Positions 1 through 6,275 of a stretch of DNA of 33,508 nucleotides are shown piece after piece. Position 1 is the stretch's first letter, and every line of letters starts with the position of its first letter. The notes beneath the pieces are model-generated. The model was not told the origin of the DNA and ran no database searches. It saw only the letters and a list, made by a program, of their open reading frames with translations. The stretch comes from a virus (taxonomy: Duplodnaviria; Heunggongvirae; Uroviricota; Caudoviricetes): the IMG/VR virus record IMGVR_UViG_648276643_000011. One strand, written 5' to 3'. The position numbers and the translations under genes were made by a program.

Positions 1-1002
1 TTACCCTCTATTGTCAAAAGGGTTCAATTCAACAGCAGCCTCTAAATGACCTGGAGCAAAATGCGCATAACGCATAGTCATTTTTATATCGCTATGCCCC
101 AGTATTTTTTGCAACACAAGAATATTTCCGCCCCGCATCATAAAATGACTGGCAAACGTGTGACGTAGCACATGAGTTAATTGCCCATCAGGAAGCTCGA
201 TCTTCGCTCTCTTAATTGCAGCGTCAAAAGCCTCATAACATGGTGAAAATAGCGCTCCTCGTTTTTTAGGAAGCATAGCTTGCAATTGAGGTGAAATCGG
301 TACAGTGCGGTTCTTCTTTCCTTTAGTTTTAACAAATGTGATTCGACCGGGCAGTACTTGAGATTGCTTTAATCCTTCTGCTTCACTCCACCGAGCACCA
401 GTCGCAAGCCCAATACGGACAACAACCCCCAAATCTTTATTCCGTGACTCATCACACGCAATCAGAAGGCGTTCAATCTCATCTACATACAGAAACGCCA
501 GTTCCTTTTCTTCCTCACGAAACTTGCGAATACCAGTCAGGGGGTTTTCACCAGACCACTCCCCAAGGCGCTTCAGTTCGGCAAAAACAGCATGTAGATA
601 TGACTGCTCGCGATTAACGGTTGCTTCACTAAGTTTTTTCTTCCCCTTGGGATTCCATTCTCCTGATAGCCTTCTTTCCCGATAAGTAGCAAACATATTT
701 TTGTCAAACTGAGAAGCAAATGGATCTCCCAGCCTGGAACAAATCGCCTCAAGTTTGACTTTGCGCTCTGCACCAGAGGACAAGGTTTTACCGTACATCT
801 CAAACCAACGAGCAATCAACTCAGAAAGACGAGGACCAGAACCATCTTGAAACTCGTCTCCAACTCTACTATTCATTAAACGGCGCTCATAAGAGAGCGC
901 CTCACTTTTTGTCGCAAACTGTTTACGAATGCGTTTTCCCGATGCCCCGTAGGGATAACATTCGCAAAGCCATTTACCTGATGGAATCTTACGAACCGAC
1001 AT
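1..1002 (-). CDS. int: Phage integrase, tyrosine recombinase (P2 Int-like)
   Basis: 333 aa ORF; C-terminal catalytic region with HxxR and terminal Tyr context (LRHTFASHFMMRGG ... MTMRYAHF) typical of tyrosine recombinases; alignable by eye to P2 Int; first gene at prophage end. Confidence 0.9.
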   Translation of the reverse strand: MSVRKIPSGKWLCECYPYGASGKRIRKQFATKSEALSYERRLMNSRVGDEFQDGSGPRLSELIARWFEMYGKTLSSGAERKVKLEAICSRLGDPFASQFDKNMFATYRERRLSGEWNPKGKKKLSEATVNREQSYLHAVFAELKRLGEWSGENPLTGIRKFREEEKELAFLYVDEIERLLIACDESRNKDLGVVVRIGLATGARWSEAEGLKQSQVLPGRITFVKTKGKKNRTVPISPQLQAMLPKKRGALFSPCYEAFDAAIKRAKIELPDGQLTHVLRHTFASHFMMRGGNILVLQKILGHSDIKMTMRYAHFAPGHLEAAVELNPFDNRG

Positions 1003-1007
1003 TTTAG

Positions 1008-1355
1008 TTACTTATCACATAAATCAAATGCAGCCTTAGTGACATCCCCCAGACTCTTTTTTAACCCTGGGGCGGCATCATTATCTAGCCAAAATGGATT
1101 ATTGTTATCTAACGGTAACGCACCAAATGTTTTACCTTTTATTCGAGCCAAACCTGTAAGTGCATATAACTTATTATCGTCAAAATTCATCACATAAGGA
1201 TTACCATCAAGACACTGTAATTGAACCTCATCAGTATTAAATGGCCATACCCCATTGAAACTCTCACGTTCAATAGTTTTAAAAGGCATTGCGACGGCGG
1301 AAAAAGAAAACATAGATAAAAAAGTAACTAATAGTTGAACCTTTTTTACTTTCAT
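1008..1355 (-). CDS. Secreted/periplasmic protein of unknown function, possibly DUF2511/YebY-like
   Basis: 115 aa ORF with N-terminal signal peptide (MKVKKVQLLVTFLSMFSFSAVA), strong RBS (GAGGT) upstream; pattern FN..EV.L.C..GN.YV...GK...LC recalled from YebY-type proteins (from memory, unverified). Moderately AT-rich. Confidence 0.55.
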   Translation of the reverse strand: MKVKKVQLLVTFLSMFSFSAVAMPFKTIERESFNGVWPFNTDEVQLQCLDGNPYVMNFDDNKLYALTGLARIKGKTFGALPLDNNNPFWLDNDAAPGLKKSLGDVTKAAFDLCDK

Positions 1356-1384
1356 ATCATTACCTCAATTTAGCTCAAGTAAGA

Positions 1385-2035
1385 TTACAAATTAAAAAAC
1401 GCCCTAGAAATGACACCGCCTACCAAAACCCCTACGCAGATAAAGAATATTATTTCTTTTGGATAAAGTCGGATTAATTCTGAAGCACGAAGTCGGACTT
1501 CTGGTAAGGTCGAACTCTCTGTGTGGCTTGATGCCGATTGTTGCTCTAACCACGACAATGCAGACTGTAACTGAGAACGAGTAAGATCGTTTAAACGTCC
1601 TGTACCGAAATTGATATGGCAATACCGCAGAAGTTTTTGTCGAAGTCCACAGTCTTCACTGTTACGTAGTAATAAACTTACAAGAGCCTTACAGGCATCA
1701 TGATCTTTACATCGCTCAAGCATTGCATGCAGAAAACTCTCCGCTGTTTTATATTGATTTACTGTCATATCATCAATACCAGCTACACCAATCTCCGCAT
1801 GTACTTTTTGCCAAATAATAAACGCTTCAGTATTGCTAGCTTCTGCAATAGCAGCAACCAAGCTATTTAGCTCCTTACGCTGAGCCTTAAGCAAAGGGCG
1901 ATCGTCATCATCATTATTCGAAGGGATTGCGATATTGACGGTATGAGAACCATCATATCGCTCTATCTGAATATTCTTTTCGTGAAAATCACGCCCAGCA
2001 ACGCGATTGTTTGAACCGTTTGAGTTGACGGCCAT
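1385..2035 (-). CDS. Hypothetical C-terminally membrane-anchored protein co-oriented with the repressor
   Basis: 216 aa ORF with strong RBS (GGGAGG) 7 nt upstream; single predicted TM helix at extreme C-terminus (IIFFICVGVLVGGVISRAFF); N-terminus carries motif SNNRVAGRDF that also ends the upstream repressor. Confidence 0.6.
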   Translation of the reverse strand: MAVNSNGSNNRVAGRDFHEKNIQIERYDGSHTVNIAIPSNNDDDDRPLLKAQRKELNSLVAAIAEASNTEAFIIWQKVHAEIGVAGIDDMTVNQYKTAESFLHAMLERCKDHDACKALVSLLLRNSEDCGLRQKLLRYCHINFGTGRLNDLTRSQLQSALSWLEQQSASSHTESSTLPEVRLRASELIRLYPKEIIFFICVGVLVGGVISRAFFNL

Positions 2036-2050
2036 GTCACCTCCCTACTA

Positions 2051-2455
2051 TCACCTACCCTTAGTTTCGTTATAGTCACGACCAGCGATACGGTTATTAC
2101 CACCAGAAATATTTAACTCACGTCCTGATGGCTGAGTTTCCTTTTCACTGATCGCACCTTTTAAAGCCCCAATCACCGCGTTTTTCACATCTAACGAAGC
2201 TGCTCGAAAGCGAGTAATCAATTCCTGCTCATCATCGTTATAAGTTTCAGGTGAGTGAATTCCCAACACAACATACTGAACATCAAGGCCAAAACGAGAC
2301 AGCGCTGCCAAATACGCAGCATCAGGAAAGCTATCTCCTTTCTCATATCTAAGCTGAGTTAGCTTTTTGACTCCACCAATGTCGCTCATGGCAACTTGAC
2401 TAAGTCCCAATCTTTCCCTTTCCTCACGCAACCGCTGACCAATATCATTTTTCAT
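2051..2455 (-). CDS. Immunity repressor, HTH XRE-family (C/CI position)
   Basis: 134 aa; N-terminal helix-turn-helix (QRLREERERLGLSQVAMSDIGGVKKLTQLRYEKG); divergent from the early operon as the lysogeny repressor is in P2/186-like phages. Confidence 0.75.
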   Translation of the reverse strand: MKNDIGQRLREERERLGLSQVAMSDIGGVKKLTQLRYEKGDSFPDAAYLAALSRFGLDVQYVVLGIHSPETYNDDEQELITRFRAASLDVKNAVIGALKGAISEKETQPSGRELNISGGNNRIAGRDYNETKGR

Positions 2456-2530
2456 ACAAAAACCTTGACAGGTATCTTTTTTGATACCAAAATGATTTCA
2501 CGAGCTATTAGATGATCACAATATACCACT
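2456..2530. promoter_or_regulatory. Divergent switch region with TTGACA -35 element and operator-like palindrome GGTATC-N6-GATACC
   Basis: TTGACA at 2465-2470 immediately followed by perfect inverted repeat GGTATC (2471-2476) / GATACC (2483-2488); lies between the divergently transcribed repressor and early genes. Confidence 0.5.
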
Positions 2531-2737
2531 ATGAAACAAGTTCTTCACGATACCAGATCACGCATTCCGCGTAACACCGCCACAGGTCCAAGACTGGCAC
2601 TTCGGCTGTCCCTCGAGGAGCGAGCCGTCATTGATGAAATGGCAGCTAAAGAACAACGCTCATCCTCTAACATGGCGCGCATGATCTTCCTTCGCGGCCT
2701 AGAGCTAACCCAGAAAGAACAAAACAAATCTTCCTGA
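2531..2737 (+). CDS. Small early regulator (Cro/Cox position), possibly ribbon-helix-helix
   Basis: 68 aa ORF, first gene divergent from the repressor; weak RBS; RLSLEERAVIDEMAAKEQRSS resembles RHH/MobC-like DNA-binding proteins (weak recollection). Confidence 0.4.
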   Translation: MKQVLHDTRSRIPRNTATGPRLALRLSLEERAVIDEMAAKEQRSSSNMARMIFLRGLELTQKEQNKSS

Positions 2738-2753
2738 TCAGGAGGCTAGTGGG

Positions 2754-2957
2754 ATGTCAGGTATAACCATCAATATCAATGTGAATGCCCCCTATGTATC
2801 CCTGCAGAAATATGCAGAGATAACAGGTATCCCTCTTAATACATGCAAAAAGATGTTGGCTGACGGTCGAATTATTATCCGCCCCAAACGCGCCAAAATG
2901 GAAAAGCCTGAAGTAAACCTTGTGGCGATGTTAAAAGACGCTTTGGCTAACAGCTAA
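2754..2957 (+). CDS. Excisionase/Cox-like HTH DNA-binding protein
   Basis: 67 aa; strong RBS AGGAGG; HTH-like segment YVSLQKYAEITGIPLNTCKKMLADGRI typical of AlpA/Xis/Cox family. Confidence 0.5.
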   Translation: MSGITININVNAPYVSLQKYAEITGIPLNTCKKMLADGRIIIRPKRAKMEKPEVNLVAMLKDALANS

Positions 2958-2978
2958 AACAATGAACAGAGCACCATC

Positions 2979-3329
2979 ATGAAAAAAAACGCTAATAATC
3001 CATACTCCAAATTTCGTAATGGCGTAGAACGCCATGTACACCACGTCGCTACCAGTGCATCACGTAGTAACAGTCGCTATAACCTGAACGAGACGCACGC
3101 AACACCGGATGGCCACGCTGTAAAACAAATCGGCGAACATGCCTGGCTGATTGAGAAAGCTGGAATCGTGGTCCACAAATGCCCACACAATCCGTTTACC
3201 GGAAACCGCATTTTTGCATTGAACTGCGGCGACAATCACTTCGGGCAGGATTTCACATTATACGAAGCACTTCGCACGGTTGATCGTCTGCTTCGCGGGC
3301 AAAGTTTTATTAAACAGGCTGATTTATAA
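2979..3329 (+). CDS. Hypothetical early protein
   Basis: 116 aa ORF in early operon; no recognisable motif. Confidence 0.45.
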   Translation: MKKNANNPYSKFRNGVERHVHHVATSASRSNSRYNLNETHATPDGHAVKQIGEHAWLIEKAGIVVHKCPHNPFTGNRIFALNCGDNHFGQDFTLYEALRTVDRLLRGQSFIKQADL

Positions 3330-3339
3330 CAGGTGCTTT

Positions 3340-3619
3340 ATGACCAAAGAGCATGCACAAGGTGTATTTATCCGTTTTATTGATTTTCGCGGTGAACTGT
3401 TATTACGCGCATCAGCCATTGACGGAGTTGTTCCATCCGAAAAAAAACGCAGCTACTTACGTTTATCTGAACGGTACGCGCCTGACTGTGGAGCTTCCGT
3501 ACCAGACCGTACGAGAAATCATTAGCGAAGCTGAAAAGGCACGTCAGGTTAATGGCGATGAACCCTATATCGAAATTATTTGTATGGATTCAGAAGCTGA
3601 AATTCAGAAAGCAGATTAA
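3340..3619 (+). pseudogene. Hypothetical early gene split by a frameshift in an A8 homopolymer
   Basis: Protein-like N-terminal half in frame 1 (MTKEHAQGVFIRFIDFRGELLLRASAIDGVVPSEKK) and protein-like C-terminal half in frame 2 (NAATYVYLNGTRLTVELPYQTVREIISEAEKARQVNGDEPYIEIICMDSEAEIQKAD) join exactly at the A8 run 3440-3447; A7 would give one 93 aa ORF. Confidence 0.45.
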
Positions 3620-3630
3620 AGGGCGTTGCG

Positions 3631-3873
3631 ATGGGCAAAGAATATAAAACTCTCATTAACAAAGCACTTGAACGATTTTATTTTCGCTTAAGTGCATCAG
3701 GCGCTCATGCTGAACGTGCAGCCCGTGACTCATTGACCAGGGCAATCCGGAGTTTGTATGACGTTGCTTTTTACGCTGATGATCTGGATGCACTTAACGA
3801 ACTTTCCGAGCTGATCTGTGCCGCAGAATGCGGGGAACACATTGAACCATATAAGCTGGGGAATATCGCATGA
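3631..3873 (+). CDS. Hypothetical early protein
   Basis: 80 aa ORF with RBS; translationally coupled to next small ORF. Confidence 0.45.
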   Translation: MGKEYKTLINKALERFYFRLSASGAHAERAARDSLTRAIRSLYDVAFYADDLDALNELSELICAAECGEHIEPYKLGNIA

Positions 3874-3983
3874 GTATATTTATCTCATGGCTTGTTCTGA
3901 TTATTTCGGTGGCCTGCGCCATTGGGATTATGCGAATTATTCATTCAGTAAAAAAGATTGAACGCTTTTTCACTGACAAATAA
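3870..3983 (+). CDS. Small single-pass membrane peptide (37 aa)
   Basis: ATGA overlap with upstream stop; MSIFISWLVLIISVACAIGIMRIIHSVKKIERFFTDK has one hydrophobic helix followed by basic tail; below the ORF-track size cutoff. Confidence 0.35.
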   Translation: MSIFISWLVLIISVACAIGIMRIIHSVKKIERFFTDK

Positions 3984-4075
3984 CAGCTTAAACAAAACAC
4001 CAGATTAAACCCGAAAACCTGAAAACTATCCGCATTCGCGGAGGTATTCGCACACGTAAATAACGGAGATATAAA

Positions 4076-4492
4076 ATGAACGCAAAAGAAAAAAATATTA
4101 TCAATACATTAAAAATAGTGTCAGCAGAGCAAGACAAGCTGTCCAGGGCAGCCCAGAAAGATAATCAACATATGGCAGCGCTTTACGCACTGACCATCGC
4201 AATAGCCACCTCTGAAGCAGCCAAAGTTATTGAGGAACAGAGCAAAGAAATCGACACTCTTAAAACACAGTCAACAGTTGCAGCCATGAATCCGTCCAGC
4301 ATTGGACGCTGCATTTATATTCTTGGTTCAGCAATGATGCTGCAATACACCATTATTGCCGAACTGCACGGCAAATACCTGATAACGCCTTACCACACAA
4401 AAGAGTCAGAGCTTCTGACAAATCTCCGCCTGATAGAACGCTCTCAAGCTGTATTCATTGATGACGCGCAACGTGCCGTATTTAACGCATAG
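4076..4492 (+). CDS. Hypothetical protein, AT-rich moron in early operon
   Basis: 138 aa ORF, RBS GGAG upstream; markedly lower GC than flanking phage genes. Confidence 0.45.
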   Translation: MNAKEKNIINTLKIVSAEQDKLSRAAQKDNQHMAALYALTIAIATSEAAKVIEEQSKEIDTLKTQSTVAAMNPSSIGRCIYILGSAMMLQYTIIAELHGKYLITPYHTKESELLTNLRLIERSQAVFIDDAQRAVFNA

Positions 4493-4515
4493 GGTTACTG
4501 GACAAAGGGGGCGCA

Positions 4516-4719
4516 ATGGCAATTAAGCATTTTCCCGTCGTTCGCTTTACCTCCAGAGGGCGCGAATACGAGGTCGACGAACGCCTGATTACCACTATCG
4601 ACAAACATCGTTCGGAAAAGGATGCACACCACATCTACCTCACTGACGGCACTTACTTCTGCGCCACCAACGTGGCGCGAGTAAATCTTATCCGACAGGT
4701 ACAGGAGCCACGCAGATGA
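4516..4719 (+). CDS. Hypothetical early protein
   Basis: 67 aa, RBS AAGGGGG; start of a translationally coupled trio (ATGA overlaps). Confidence 0.4.
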   Translation: MAIKHFPVVRFTSRGREYEVDERLITTIDKHRSEKDAHHIYLTDGTYFCATNVARVNLIRQVQEPRR

Positions 4720-4982
4720 CCATTCTGGACTACATCGCTACTCATCCGGGGTGTAGCGGCGGAGAGATCGCCGCAGCACTGAATACCCCAACCACAGCCA
4801 TTAATGCTGAGTTACGCCGACTTTGGCGCGGCGGCTTAGTCATCAGAACAAACCGCAGCACAGGTGGTCGCGCTCGCAAAACAGGAGGCAAGGCTTCTTA
4901 CCACGTAAACCCGATGCCGTTCGGGTGTAGCAATCCACTTACTCACATGTTTAACCAGCTACTGAAGGAAGCCAGAGCATGA
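4716..4982 (+). CDS. Putative winged-helix DNA-binding protein
   Basis: 88 aa; ILDYIATHPGCSGGEIAAALNTPTTAINAELRRLWRGGLVIR resembles MarR/winged-helix recognition module. Confidence 0.45.
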   Translation: MTILDYIATHPGCSGGEIAAALNTPTTAINAELRRLWRGGLVIRTNRSTGGRARKTGGKASYHVNPMPFGCSNPLTHMFNQLLKEARA

Positions 4983-5278
4983 GCACCATCAACCACCAGA
5001 AGCTACGCGAACTGGCATTTGCCCTGCAACGAATGGCAACGCCTCAAAAATTACTGGCATTTCGCGCAATGCTCTCGCCGTCTGCTGTGCTGGCACTGCT
5101 GGATCAGCTGGAGCACGCCAGAACCACGGCTCCAGCCATTCGCCTCACGCTCCATCATGAAATCGCTGATTTCTGCGCAACGCTGGGGGCACCTGGCGAA
5201 CCGGAAACGCCGGAAGCAATGCAGCAAGAGCTGCTGCAACGCATCGATAACGTTTTTGATTTTTTTCTGAACCAGTAA
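4979..5278 (+). CDS. Hypothetical early protein
   Basis: 99 aa ORF translationally coupled to upstream gene. Confidence 0.45.
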   Translation: MSTINHQKLRELAFALQRMATPQKLLAFRAMLSPSAVLALLDQLEHARTTAPAIRLTLHHEIADFCATLGAPGEPETPEAMQQELLQRIDNVFDFFLNQ

Positions 5279-5367
5279 GAAACCAGAACATGCACACACA
5301 AAAAAACCGCTTGCCATGCCGCAATCGGTCAGGTTACATTTCCGCTGCACCTCATAAAACGGGTGCC

Positions 5368-5556
5368 GGGATTCTCAACCCGATACAGAGCAAAGCGCAT
5401 AACCGCGCTAGCGGTTTTTTTGTGCGTACTGTATTGCCACGTCTTTTTCGCGTCAGAATTATGGCGGGGCGTACGGGGCCGACTTCGGTCGGGCCGGATT
5501 CTTTGCTCTCCGGTGTTGAGAACCCTGTACGTCTCGCCACCCCGAGATTCTCAACT
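5368..5556 (+). ncRNA. Candidate structured cis-regulatory RNA / sRNA region in a 320 bp non-coding gap
   Basis: 28 nt arm 5368-5395 is near reverse complement of 5501-5525; embedded intrinsic terminator; UUCG-tetraloop GC hairpin 5475-5496; 11 bp outer stem 5463-5473 with 5528-5538; motif GATTCTCAAC three times (5370, inverted 5515, 5546). Strand assumed from flanking genes. Confidence 0.3.
5401..5423 (+). terminator. Rho-independent terminator
   Basis: AACCGC-GCTA-GCGGTT stem-loop followed by TTTTTTT. Confidence 0.55.
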
Positions 5557-5600
5557 CTGGATGGTGAGTTATTTCTATCACCGAGCAAAGAGGCCACACC

Positions 5601-5831
5601 ATGGCAGACCGCAAACAGCACCGCGCTATCGCGGAGCGTCGTCACATCCAGACTGAAATCAACCGCAGACTTTCCCGCGCATCACGCGTCGCGCAAATCA
5701 TGCACATCAATATGCTGCATGAGCGCAGCCACGCACTATCAAACATTTATTCCGCCTCTGTTTTCAGCTATCTGGCGGATGATCTGCACGAGTTTCAACA
5801 GCTCATCCAGCAGCAAAACAAACTCCATTAA
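5601..5831 (+). CDS. Hypothetical protein, predicted coiled-coil
   Basis: 76 aa, RBS AAGAGG 7 nt upstream. Confidence 0.45.
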   Translation: MADRKQHRAIAERRHIQTEINRRLSRASRVAQIMHINMLHERSHALSNIYSASVFSYLADDLHEFQQLIQQQNKLH

Positions 5832-5903
5832 TTCCTGTTCCGGGCCTTTCCTGCACCTTGCGGCGGGAGGCCTTCGCACATCTGTAACAAGAGGATTGCC
5901 GCA

Positions 5904-6269
5904 ATGATTCTCGCCAACGACTTTCTTGAATACCTGCTCAACACAGAACGTGATCTTGCCGCTCGCGTGCGTGATCGTTATGACATGTACCTGAAATCCC
6001 TGCCTGTACCGCAGCTCGCTGACGGAAAGATTGTTATTGATGGTCGCTACATGATTGACAGCCACGAGGGAAATTACAGGCTTTACCGCATTGAAGGTGG
6101 CACCCCGACCGTTATTGGCATTTACCAGCGCCCATCCTCTGCAATCGTCGATGTGATTGCCGACAGCATCCGCATCACACATCGCCATGCCGACACAGAA
6201 GACACCGTGCTGGAAATTCAGCGGCTGGCTACAGCCTGCCGCGACACCCTGAATGGCATGACGAAGTAA
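5904..6269 (+). CDS. Hypothetical protein preceding replication gene
   Basis: 121 aa, RBS AAGAGG. Confidence 0.45.
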   Translation: MILANDFLEYLLNTERDLAARVRDRYDMYLKSLPVPQLADGKIVIDGRYMIDSHEGNYRLYRIEGGTPTVIGIYQRPSSAIVDVIADSIRITHRHADTEDTVLEIQRLATACRDTLNGMTK

Positions 6270-6275
6270 ATCACT

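Noticed and set aside
5290-5907. 205 aa plus-strand ORF spanning the structured non-coding region and the two small genes after it
   Set aside because: Runs through the intrinsic terminator and hairpins, has no RBS, and overlaps out of frame two compact ORFs that each have a good RBS.
5290-6269. Retron (msr/msd non-coding RNA with flanking inverted repeats) suggested by the long-range inverted repeats and structured RNA
   Set aside because: No reverse-transcriptase-sized ORF follows; the downstream genes are 76 aa and 121 aa proteins and the replication protein A, none with RT motifs. Kept only as an unclassified structured RNA.
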